The translations under genes and the position numbers were made by a program. The notes under the pieces were generated by a model. That model ran no database searches, had not been told where the DNA came from, and saw only the letters and a program-made list of their open reading frames with translations. A stretch of 64,000 bases of DNA from Utricularia gibba. Its lineage: Eukaryota; Plantae; Magnoliophyta. Location: the NCBI GenBank assembly GCA_002189035.1, contig NEEC01000013.1:2108001-2172000 (forward strand), read 5' to 3'. Position 1 is the first letter of the stretch. Every line of letters begins with the position of its first letter. Shown here one piece after another: positions 13,552-25,126 of the stretch.

Positions 13552-15754
13552 GGGTATTTTGGTGAAACTTGTCCCTATAGCTTTTTATAATATTACTGTC
13601 AAAAGGCGAAACCAGGCAAAGAATGGAAGAAGCGACAATAAGGGGATAGCTGTGGTCGTTCCTGATGCCTTGACGAGGTAACTTTCCCCTCTTTTAACCC
13701 AATTTAGGGTTCTTGCTTTTTGTTGTGAATCACTCTCCATCCATTACAGTATGTTAAATATTTATTCGAAGTACACAGGGTTCATTTTTGTTAAAAGAGA
13801 TGTCTTTGTCACCATCCTACCCAAGTTCAGGAAATTTCTAAGTATTTAGGCGTAATCAGAAAACTTAGCTTTTACAAAGTTTGTATGAGTGAATGACTTT
13901 GAATGAACTTTTTAGATTACTAGACCAGTTTCAAATATATACAAAACCCCCCTTTTTTGTTTGTGTTTGCATATTCAGAAAATGAAGATTTTTTTTTCTT
14001 CTATCTCCTGGCATCAATGGGTAAGAGAATAAGGTTTGGCCAAGGACCTGAAGGTTCATACAAAGCAACTTCGTTGGATGGTGTTCTGAGTAGTATCTAT
14101 TAACTGATGAGTGCTTGGTCATGGGCTTGATTAAAATGGAGTATTATGATCTGGAGAACGATTGCTCTTAATCCACTCCATATCTGTACATAATCTCACT
14201 CTGAGATAACGTTGCCTGACATATAGGTTTAGCAGTTCTTCTTGATGACATTAGCTTCTGCTCATACAATTTAAAATTATTTGATTTGCAGCCTAGATAT
14301 ATTGTTCTGCTGTTGCAGCAACAGGCGAGGGCCTACAATCTGGAAGAGAAGGAGATGATACGCAAAAAATGCACACATTCATACTGCTGTTTATACTACG
14401 CATAGGTACTTCACCCTGGTATATACTACCTTTTTATATCAGGCATGCTTTTTAAATACGTTCCATGTTCAGTCATTTTTAACTAATTTTCGTACCAATT
14501 TAGTTACTTGCAGATGCATGAGGTGGTGCGGTACAGAATATATTGCATGAAGAAAAAGCTGAAGGATGAACTCGAGAGCAAGAACACCATTCGATATTAT
14601 GCATTCCCCAGCTGCAACAGGAGGTATTTTTGGAACGCAGTTACGATCATGTTTTATTTCCAGGTATACTGCCCCTGTTGCTCTCCGTTCAGTGTCACCA
14701 CTCGAAGATTATTTTCAGGTATACTGCCCTTGGTACTACAGAAGACTTGATAGATGGAGATGATAGTAAGAGAAGAAGATGCCAACCTGAAAACATGCTG
14801 GAAAGGATGTAGGTTTGTTCTTTCTTTGAGAACCAAGTAGCACGAGCATGTCTTCCTAGAATTTGGAATTCTAGGTTCGTATCGTTTTCTTTTTCTTTTT
14901 GGTGTACGTAGTTATTCTACCCTGGCTGAACATTGACTATGGAAAATTATGATTGATGAGATTATCAAGTCAGAAATATTTGATGTTGAAATTAACTTTT
15001 GGATTATAGCTAGTATGCCTGCAGGGAAAAAATCCTTGTGGAATCTTGTCAGTAGAATAAGCTTTCGATTGTTTGATTCGTCCGGATACATTTTTCACAT
15101 TAGTACTTTCTCATTTCAATTTTCGTGGTATGCTAACCGGTTTTTGCTTTGTTTTGAACTACCGAAGATGCTTAACTACAGGAACAACTCAAGCCACAAA
15201 GTAACTGATCAGCTTGCTAGAGTAAGGGGTTTGAAAGCTCCTTATTTAGGAAACCTTCAAGCTTGTGGTTTGAATCAACTCAAGATTTGATTTTGAATTG
15301 TGCTTGTTTTTTCCACTTAGCCTACCTTCATCAGAGTGACTATATTAAAGCGTATTATGCTGCATTACTAAAAATGCAGAGTGAACAACAAGAGGCAGTT
15401 ATAGCATGAAGAAAATCATGAAGTAGATGAAAATGAATGGGAAGGGTCTTCAAGTGCTACATTTTCTGGATCCTGTTAGTTAGTATCATTCCATGAATAG
15501 AGCTTAGCAGCAGTTCAGTTCCCTGAAAATTTCGAAAGAGGAGGTTTGATTATTGTCTGTGGCGGGTATCGGAACAAAAGTCAAGCTATGGACTAGCATC
15601 TCTAGCTTAGTGTTTGCCGTATTGTTTCTTTTGGTTGTTTGGTGGCTACTGAAACCTGTTTCCAGGCCAAACAACAAGACCCTTCAACTTGAATGTCGAG
15701 GCTGAAGCAGAAGCCTCGAAGGGTGAGGACGAGATAGACTGAGAAGAAGGCTGA
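13552..15754 (+). pseudogene. TFIIEa: General transcription factor TFIIE alpha subunit pseudogene
   Basis: Successive exon remnants: LVKLVPIAFYNITVKRRNQAKNGRSDNKGIAVVVPDALTR, QWVRE*GLAKDLKVHTKQLR, KMHT-frameshift-SYCCLYYA*, VVRYRIYCMKKKLKDELESKNTI, DGDDSKRRR..MLERM*, DQLARVRGLKAP, and the C-terminal LNVEAEAEASKGEDEID*EEG*. Stops at 14030, 14403, 14810 and 15740. No recognisable start codon. Confidence 0.88.
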
Positions 15755-16090
15755 ACCACCCTCTCGGTCCCTCGAACACAAATCCATCCAACAAAGGCCG
15801 ATCCAGTTCTACTCACCACTGCACGATGATCCACAGACAAACGATCACAACATAGACACCCCGAGTAGTCAATTTGGTGAGATTTTTTTTGTCAAACCAG
15901 TACACATTAACACATCATATTCTTGGATCCTTGGAGCTGCAACTGATCTATTTACTCCAAGCTGCACCTTATGAGCTAATGAGGAAATGTGTCCTGGCAG
16001 AGTCAGATATTATTACTGTGCTTATATTACAATGAGTAGATTATATCCTGGGAGCAGCCAGTTCCTTGCACATCTTCACAGGTAGATGGA

Positions 16091-16283
16091 TATTAAATAC
16101 TCTCCAGAGCCAGCTACTTGAGCATTGCCCCTGTCCAGGGGCATTCAAGAATCATACCTCATGAGTATTAAAAGTTCCCCAGAGCCAGCTAATTCATCAT
16201 TGTCCCTGGTTCTGTCCCAGGCTCAGCACCATGATTCAAAATTATACAGCGTCAGTATTAAAGCTCCCCCAGAAACCAGCCAA
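16091..16283. repeat. Three imperfect copies of a ~27-bp motif (TATTAAA..CCAGARCCAGC) at 75- and 90-nt spacing
   Basis: Copies start at 16091, 16166 and 16256. Confidence 0.6.
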
Positions 16284-17467
16284 ATGTTATGTCATCTGAG
16301 AAGGAATTAGGTAGATGTATATCTTAATTTTTCAAGATTATTGCATGAATGGTCCAACGGTCCAGATACAATCAACCACTTGAAAAGGATCCTGTGGTCC
16401 AGATTCCTCTACTTACACCAGGTTAAAAAGAAAAGCTCAGCCCCAAGGGAGCTTTCCAATGCTTTTATACCGCTTTACTAACCCTTGTTGTCACCATTAA
16501 CTTATTATTACCATTAATTCCTTTTATGGGAAATTTGGAGTCTTATTGTAATCTAAGATAATGATGGAGTTAGAGTCCTACTTACAGTATTTTACATTAT
16601 ATGATTAAATAGAAGAGTTTCCTTAAACTTGTATGAATATTTTTCGTAAAATCGTGAAAATTAGATATTCAAAACGTACAATATCATAGTATGGTCGTAC
16701 CTATACGGAGAGGTCTCCCAAGGGTGGGATGCGCACGAGAGAGACCATGGGATATGTAATAACAACAACTAGGGTACGATGGTGCACGTTGTCCCCATGA
16801 CAACCTGACAGTGCGGGAGGGGGGCTTTCAATTCAATGGTTACCCCCCCTAGTGACAAGGCCAGTCAAGTAGATATGCTTCTTCCTTGTGGCAGATTGGG
16901 CCAGCCCAATTTATTCACCCTGGCCCACTACTAGGCCCACCCTGTCCCCACCATCATTAACCACGTGCGTCACCATTTAGTCACCGCCAGGTTAACTGTA
17001 ATTTTCGACTGTTTCATTGCTGAGAACCGAATAAATTAAATTAAATTAAATCATAATTGTACTTTTAAATAAATTCATTTAATTATGTTTTATTTAATAA
17101 TTTATAATTCTATTGATTGCGTCAATTAAATATTATCTTTATTTTCATTTTACACCCTGTGAATGTCACTTTCCTGCAGTAAATTTTGGCCCCATTTCAC
17201 TCTTCCTTTGTTTAAAGGGTTAAAAATGGTTAAGTACATGGCGTGGGGTGAAAAATCGGATGCCCCTCTGGCGTCCTTTCAGGTGTAATAACGAGGGATT
17301 AAATAATTTTATTTAAATTTTTATATTATATGGATTAAAAGTGGAAAGACAAGAAGGAACAAGATTGATTTATTTAGCAACTAGAGGGTTATGTGCACGG
17401 GGTACACAGAAAGGGGGCAGGCAACCTAGGAGGAAGTCTAGTCTAATCCGATCGATCGGACACATGT

Positions 17468-18744
17468 CTAGTGGCGGCGGCGCTCACACTCCGCCGGGGC
17501 GGCGGGGAAGCGAGCATTGTCGAAGCAGTAGTCATACACCATGTGGTTCGCCCTCACCCACACCAGCTGATGGCTCTGATGCACACTCAGCTCGGTCATT
17601 GCGGGCTCGTCCCACCAGTACCTCCGATCGCCGCCGCTGGTGCACCGCTTCATGTTGTCGGCGGAGGCCCAGACATCGGGGCATTCACAGGCGTCGATTT
17701 TGAAGTCCCTGTAAGAAGCAACGAAGGGCTGGTGGGACCAATCTGTCTTCACTCTTCCGCCTTGCGTCGCCCAGTCATCAGCGTTCCAGATCGAACTGTA
17801 AACCCCCATGGCTTGATCTTTTGGGAATGGGATCCCCTTGTGCTCTAAGTTGGAATGAACTCTCACCGGAGTTTCATCCACCATGAACCTGAAGCACAAA
17901 TCGGGAGCCCCGGGATCAGATCACAGACCTTGATTTCTGGATCTCAGAGAAAGAAGAGAGAAAGCTTACACGACTTGGCGTTGGTTCCAAAGAATCGAAT
18001 AGGAATGAAAATCCTTGGTGGGATCAAACCAAAGCTTCAATCTTTGCTCCCTGCTCCCAACTCCGTTCACATACACGTTGGTCTGAACAAGGTACGGCTC
18101 CCCTGTAGAGTTACCCAGAAACTCGAAATCGAACTCGTTGTGATTTGGGCCGTCGGACGACATCTGGGTAACAATCATTCAACGCACCCATCAGATAGCT
18201 GTAAAGCAAACCCGTGAACCAAGGGGGGAAAAAGTCACCTTTACCACTGTTACACAATTATTCTCCGTCGTTTCTCGTAGATTAAACAGAAGGAAACGCG
18301 AATACAGTCAAAAAAACATTGACTTTCACAGATTGAAACGCAAAGCTAGCATCTTCCAGCACAGTAAATGGTAAGCAACATGGGAAGAAACCGTACATAG
18401 AAAGCGGTGACGGTTCCAGCAGAATCACCCTCCACAAGCTTGATCCCCATCGACACTCTCCCATACAAATACTTGCTTTTTGATCCAAACCCAGCTCCTA
18501 AACCCCACAAAAAACGACAGATTCAGACACAAGGACGCAACCAGAGATGGCAAAGTAACAAAAAGCATTTACCAGAGGAGCTATCAAGCTTCATCTTCAC
18601 AACCTGGCCGTCGTGGACGAAGTGATCCGGAGCCCAACTAGGCTGAAAGAGCTGATCGAAGCTCACATTCGCCTTACTAGCAGAGCAGGAGCACAGCGCA
18701 GCGAACCCAGTTAACAGTAGCAGCGACAGATGCATTCTGGCCAT
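17468..18744 (-). CDS. XTH9: Xyloglucan endotransglucosylase/hydrolase (GH16), XTH9-like
   Basis: Exons 18744-18573, 18497-18397 (101 nt), 18163-17970 (194 nt) and 17888-17468, the canonical XTH sizes. Catalytic motif [11 protein letters not shown] with E-x-D-x-E intact, and [11 protein letters not shown]. Confidence 0.95.
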
Positions 18745-18857
18745 TGATGAGCAGAGCTTATCGAGGAAGATAAGCTTTTTTCCTCACGATAGACAGAGAG
18801 TCGGAGACAAATGTGTCCTCTTTAGGAGATGCAAAGGAGAAAGAGGCAGGGGCACTG

Positions 18858-18931
18858 TTTATATAGCCGGAAGAAAATCGGGACGCCATGCTGCCACGTA
18901 GGCTCTCTCTGATACATCTTTAATGCCACGT
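18858..18931 (-). promoter_or_regulatory. XTH9 core promoter: TATA box plus two GCCACGT (ACGT-core) elements
   Basis: CTATATAAA on the minus strand at 18858-18866; GCCACGT at 18893 and 18925. Confidence 0.55.
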
Positions 18932-20363
18932 CAGATTCTGCCCCCGTGACAAATGTGACCTCCACCTACTTCTGTGTAGCTTCCTTTTTCTCATATTCAT
19001 CAAAATTATAAAATCCATTGGCATATTCATTTGGATAAGTTTGAAGTCCTATATTTTCCCACAATTTTTTATATTAACAAAAATACAAAAAATCGGGGTC
19101 CCACATTTCAAAAACCCCATAATTGGGGGTGCTCTCTGCAATTTCTGTATTTCTATTCCATACTTGTTTGATGCAACCAAATCTTTTTTAAATTAGTGAT
19201 AGGCTCCTCTCCTAATTCAAATTTACGAAACTTCGATAGCCGTTGGGGGAAAAAAGGACAGCTGGCTGGCTGCCTGGCTGCTTTCAAGGCGGAAAAGATA
19301 TTGGGGGAGCATCGGCCAATGGAGTTCGTCCACGTGGCTGGCAGATAAAAAAGCCTGGGAGGACAGCTGTCCTTGGAATAGGCTGTTTGCGTCATGAGTG
19401 TGGAGAGGACGGAGGGTGGGCCCCGCACCCCCTAACCAATCACGTGGCGCGTGTGTAGCCTTTTTCGGGGGTGGGGATTACTGTTCAATAATAGGGAGTG
19501 GATGATTAATTATAATTAATTTACTACTCCTCCTCTTCCTCCTTAATTGTGTATTAAATACTCATTTATCCGTACTCTCTCCCTTCTCACATTCTAAGTA
19601 AATTAAAAAAAGAAAAAAAAAAAGCAAAGGAGTGTTGGAGTGTGTGTGTCAGGGGCTTTGAGTGCAGTGATGGACGAAACATCTTTATGTAAAAGCAGAG
19701 ATGCAGATGCAGATGATGCCCTTCCCTTCCCTTCCCCAAATGCAAATTCAAATTCTGAATTTGATGTAGATTGGTGTGGGGCCCATTATTCTACTCAATG
19801 TACGGATGGGCTCGGCCCATATCGAATGGACGCCCAGGCCCAATGAGTCATTTCCCCGTCACATCTTGTGTTAATGGCTCATCCTCGTCATCCATCCCAA
19901 TGTCATCAAATAAAAATATTGAATTATATAATCGATTCCTAATTTGAATGATTCGATAGTAATTCCAAATCCTTTTTTTAAAAAAAATATTTTGTGATAT
20001 TTTCCATACAAAAACTTCAATTCAATAACGATGATTGAATGGTGTCATATTTTATATTTTAAAATGTTTAAAATTAATTCTATTAAAATTAAGAATAGAA
20101 TATATAGAGAGAATATACAAAAAATGTGAATTATATTGAAAAAAATTAGACTTAACCAATTACTAATGATTATAATCTATTATATATTTGAATATTTCAT
20201 ATTAATTTTCTCTAGTTTTTTTTAATAAATTAACTTATATTATTAATAATTTATAATTTAAAACAATTTAATTACGATCTAATCATCATTTTGATAATCC
20301 GGGGAGGGAGGGGGGAGCATGGCGTGGGTTCGGGTTCGCGACCGAGAAAACGGGATCCATTCG

Positions 20364-22508
20364 TCATTCAAAGCTGTTCATTTTCATGCTGTGCAGTTGG
20401 AGTTTCAGTTCATTGCAAATCTTTTCCAGGTGGGCGGCTCTCAACTCCATGCACTGCAGCTCCGCCCTCATCTTCTTGCTTTCGTTGTGGTTGTCAAGTT
20501 TTGCTGTCCGGAGCTGGATTTGCTGCAGTCCCAGATCGTCAATCTGCTGAAAACCAGTAGACAAGCTCTCCTCCGCCAAGCTGCTCAATGCTTCCCCGGA
20601 GAGCTGCTCCTGGCAGTAGTTCAGCCCTGAACAGATGTTTATCTTTTGCTCATTCGACAACCCGGAGTGTACCTGCGTAGAACCAGAATCTGTATAAGTT
20701 TTGCAGTCACAAAGCATCAGCATTAATGTCGTCATATCACCTGAAGATACAAGTTCACGGAGTCGTGTATTCGATCCAACGACTCTCGAGCTGGGTGGGG
20801 GACGGCCCTGATGAGATCTGCAAACAGTGAAGGCTCCAGGAAGGGATCAGGAGCTACTTCTACCAGGTACAGATCGATCAAGCTTGCAACTTTCTTCAGG
20901 CGATTCAATGGCAGAGTGCGGGCTTCTGTTGAGAGAAAGGATTGCAGCAATCTGGAAACAAGGTTCACATCATACGAGTAACTAGCACCGGGGGGTGAAG
21001 GAACAAGTAAACTGTCTAATGTAGCACGATCCAGCTCTGAACCGATGATGTGTTCCAGCTTGCTCCTGCACTTGTGGCTAGTTTTGAGGATTGATGCATC
21101 GCTCAACAGCCTGAATAAACTCTTGTATGGTAAAGACCTTACGTCCAACCAGTGAAGCATCTCCACAACGGCCTCCAGGGTCTTGATTTTTTCTTCTGTT
21201 GAGGTGTAAAAGGCTCGTGATTTTTGATAGTAGAAGAGAAAACGGCCGAGGATTCCATGGTCCATGCTTCTAGAGATCATCATCTTCACCAGTATCTGGA
21301 TCAGGTTCGTTTCAAGCAGGGTGAGATCTTCAAACCACCATGTCACCCGCAAAGAGACGTTCTTTGAGCTCTCTGTACATAGAGTGTCACAAGATGATCT
21401 GAATCCAGAGCTACTGGATGAAGAGAAAGATGAACAGGGGCTGGTTTCACAGGGAAGTGTAACTCTTGAGACGATAGAATCCAAGAAACTGTTGATGATA
21501 CCCGTTGAAGAAGCCATGGCTGCAAAATGCTGGCATTGCTTCAAAGCTGCAACAACCTCCGGCCAACTCCAGTCATGAATCTCCTCTGAAAGCCTCTCAG
21601 TTTTCTCAAATAGATTCTCACTTCCAGGAGCAGTTTCTTTCATCTCCAGAAAATGTGCAGCACACGAGAGGGAAGCAACGTTTGAAGGACTCATGTCTAC
21701 TTTTCCATTGCTGTAGCAGAACCGCAGGATTGCCTCAAAACACTCAGATCCTCCAGGAAAATCATTAAATATCACCTTGAACCGACCCTTGGCATCTTTT
21801 GCCCGGCCTAGCAATTTGCTTATTCGGGCTGAGTAAGAACATATGAGATTCTACAAGGAATGAAGTACCACAGTTAGAAACCAGAAAGCATTTGATGACT
21901 ATGAGAAAAAGCAAGCTTTTGTTGCACAAATTTGCATGAGGCCATGGCTGAAGACTCCCAGATGATAACAGAAGTTTTACTGCTAAGAAGAAATCAAAAC
22001 ATTTTCTACGTGGCTCATATAAACAACAAAGAATGACAAAACGCTAGAGCCCAGCAAGAGTATGTTAAGCAAAAGGAGCATAATCTCGTGTCCCTTTCGT
22101 GGTTTATGATCCCCAGAATCTTAAGATTTAATTCAGCAGAGTATAAAGGCATCAGCATTTAATATCAATATAAGCAACCAGCAGAAATTAATGATGAGAC
22201 CATTATGCACGGGAAGAATCTACACTTCCTGAAAATAATTTCATATGAACCAGAAGAAGAAACTACTTTCATTAACTTTTCATTCCCTAATGAAAAACCA
22301 ACTCTTGAAGTTCAAAAAATCAAGAAACAAAGCGGCATTATGCCCATAAAGCAAGCAAAAAAATAGGCAACTCTCAACAAGAGTAAGATATCTTATTCAT
22401 GGATTCCCACATGAAGAAAAGAACAAGTGTTATCTATATCACCTTGTTAACTGCGAAAATCTCTTCTCCATTGACGTCCACTTCAAGATCAAGAACACTA
22501 CTTTCCAT
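20364..22508 (-). CDS. BTB/POZ-NPH3 domain protein (At3g22104-like)
   Basis: Exons 22508-22443 (MESSVLDLEVDVNGEEIFAVNK), 21850-20741 and 20672-20364. BTB motif DFPGGSECFEAILRFCY; NPH3 motifs WWFEDL, IGSELDRATLDSLL, KKVASLIDLYLVEVAPDP; C-terminal coiled coil. Confidence 0.9.
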
Positions 22509-23622
22509 GATAAAGAAAACGAAACTTCGGATGAATCCCACCTCAAATCAGAAGGAATCTTGAACTGATCTCGGATTCTAAAGAGCGAATGGCGGAGAAA
22601 AAACCATATTTTGACAGAGTGGAAGAGGACAAATCCAGGTATTCAGAGTGCAACCCTCGTTTTCCATACCACAAAAGACATGCAAATCTACGTAGAAACG
22701 GTTGAGACGAGAAAGGTACCCATGAAGAGTTCGCAAACGGCGCTACAGACGAACCCAGGAAAAAAACAACGAATGAGGAAACTCTCCGACCCCAGAATTT
22801 GAAATCGATTAGCGAATGATTTATAAAAGGCTGTTCAATCGTTAAAAACATACATGAAAGAAACCATTTTTCCGCCGTCGAGTCACCATCTTTTTGTTCC
22901 TTTTTGAGCTGTTTGGTTGGACCACAAAGCATCCTTTGAGCAGCGGTACAGCGTAACATACAGGAGCTTTTTGCAAAGGTTCTCGATGAACAACTCTGTC
23001 GACAGGAAAGTATTAACAGTCATGTTAAATACAGTTATTCCTTTTGGCTTCAAGCACCACCCGCATCTTTAAAATCCCACATTCTCTTCTTTTATTTTAA
23101 ACAACTTCAACAATGCACAGGCATGCATTACACCTACTAAGCAACGTGGATCTTTTGGCAGGCTTTTTTGAATTAAAGTTTACTTTTTTGATTTATGGTT
23201 GTGGTTTCATTTCATATCCCAAGGCTCATTTCAAAGACTCTGGCTTTCACCAGTGTGTGTTGGAGCCAATATTCATTTTCGGATTTGGAATATGGTTCAA
23301 TTAATGGTGGCGTTTCGTCTGTGTTTCGAGTTAAATGTTGAGAAGCTTAGACCCCAGTAGTCTGGCTATCTGTTCGTGTTTGGTTCAATGCAATCAAACA
23401 GTAGAGGAAGAGGCGGATCCGCCAAAGTGAAGGATTTGTACACAAAATCGAATACGAACCATGAAAAGGAAGTGTAAAAGTTGGCTCAAAAGCAAGCTCA
23501 AGCTTTTAACGAAAGAAGCTTTTCCATTTCACAAACTCATCTCTTTATATTGCACCATTGTTCCTCCTGGTTTGCTCACATTGCTTGCTTGCTGCTTAAG
23601 AGTCACACATACTCAGGAAGGC

Positions 23623-24278
23623 ATGGTTAAGTTCACGGGCATTATAGCGTGTATGCTGATCGTTTTATTGGATGTAGTTGCAGGAATTCTCGCCATAAGA
23701 GCTGAAGGAGCTCAAAACGAGGTGATCAGTTCAATTCTCACCACCAACCCATGAACAAATGAGCCTGATCACCGTTATTTGTAATTTTCTTTGTAGGAGA
23801 AGCATCTGACTTTGTGGATATTCGAGTGCAAGGAGCCAAGCCACGATGCTTTCGTGCTCGCCGTAGCTGCAGCTACTCTTCTAGGAGTAGCCCACATCTT
23901 TGCCAATTTGCTTGGAGGGTGGAGTTCTTGCAGTCAAGAGGAACTTGAGAAAGCATCTAGTAGCAGGCAGTTATCAGTCATCTGCCTCGTCTTCACTTGG
24001 TATGCAAAATCACAGAAGTTTCTCCCTTCCCCATCAATCCAAAGAATGCCAACCCTCTTCCATCTCTGTTCCCAACTACCCATTGAAGGTGTTCTTGTGC
24101 GTGTGACAGGATTGTTCTTGCAATCAGCTTGGGCATGCTTGTGATGGGGATAACATCAAACCAGAAACCAGCAGCTTCTTGTGGCTTCATGCAACATCAT
24201 TATCTTTCAATCGGAGGAATTATGTGCATTGTCCATGGCTTTTTTGCTGTCGCTTACTGTGCCACTTCTCGTTCATAG
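23623..24278 (+). CDS. VCC: DUF1218 membrane protein, VASCULATURE COMPLEXITY AND CONNECTIVITY-like
   Basis: Exons 23623-23721, 23797-23999 and 24110-24278: MVKFTGIIACMLIVLLDVVAGILAIRAEGAQNE/EKHLTLWIFECKEPSHDAF...CLVFTW/IVL...SCGFMQHHYLSIGGIMCIVHGFFAVAY. Confidence 0.9.
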
Positions 24279-24659
24279 ACCCAGCAAACCAGAAGAAGGA
24301 AGAGCTTCATCTGTGTGTGTGTTTTGAATGTGGGTTTTGGTAATTAGATTAATTATGATACATATATGAACAGTAAAATTGTTTAAGAGTGCATTCATTA
24401 TCATTTCCGATGGAGCTGGTATCCTCTTCCGATTAACCAAGCCGTCCGCCGGGAGATTTGATCAGAAGCTTGATGTTGTTCATCTCTGATTCCAAATTTC
24501 CGAAGCGAAACCTTGAAACCTGTCTGCTGCGCATTTCATCAGGTGGGATGGGCGGAGCTCGATCGGGGCATTCTACACCTCCCATATCGGGCACCCTACC
24601 AGCAGAAGCCATGTCGCTGGAATCCTCACAACCAAATGTAAGCATATGGTTTACACAAT

Positions 24660-24960
24660 AACGGCTTCATAATCACCACGTTCATCAATGTTTGTTCGGA
24701 CATCGAAGAAATCGAGTATGCACGCCACCTGTTCGACGGATTTCCTGACAAGTACGTCTATGGGATGGGTCAGTCGTTTTAACCGCATTCAAGGATGCAT
24801 TGCTGTGTTCAAAGCTTGTGGTGGCTTCATGGCTGTTGATCGTGGTAGAGGCATCCTTTGGACATGGTTTTGCAGAAGAATTGTTTGTGCAAAATGGGGT
24901 CTTGTTTTCAACAGGATGAGGACCAGAGATGTTGTTTCATGGACGTCAATCATCCCTCAT
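24660..24960 (+). pseudogene. Fragmented PLS-class pentatricopeptide-repeat gene relic
   Basis: NGFIITTFINVCSDIEEIEYARHLFDGFPDKYVY (stop soon after), FKAC and VFNRMRTRDVVSWTSII are typical PLS PPR pieces but lie in different frames, with no start and no E/DYW domain. Confidence 0.6.
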
Positions 24961-25126
24961 TAGGATCAGAACTCGCAGCACTGGATCAGGAGGGAGATAA
25001 GGTTCGTCGCCAATTCTCATCAGGGCTAAAGTCTAAAAATGTGTACTTTCGTTTTGAGTGCGAGGTCACAAGATACTGGACAAATTCAAGCTACGACATG
25101 AATGACTTGCTCCCTGCCATGAAGAG

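Noticed and set aside
16091-16283. Repeat-spacer pattern superficially like a CRISPR array
   Set aside because: Plant nuclear context, only three degenerate copies, unequal long spacers and no cas genes.
20364-20672. Short, divergent C-terminal exon of the BTB/NPH3 protein as a possible lesion
   Set aside because: The frame is open with a plausible coiled coil; divergence cannot be judged without an alignment.
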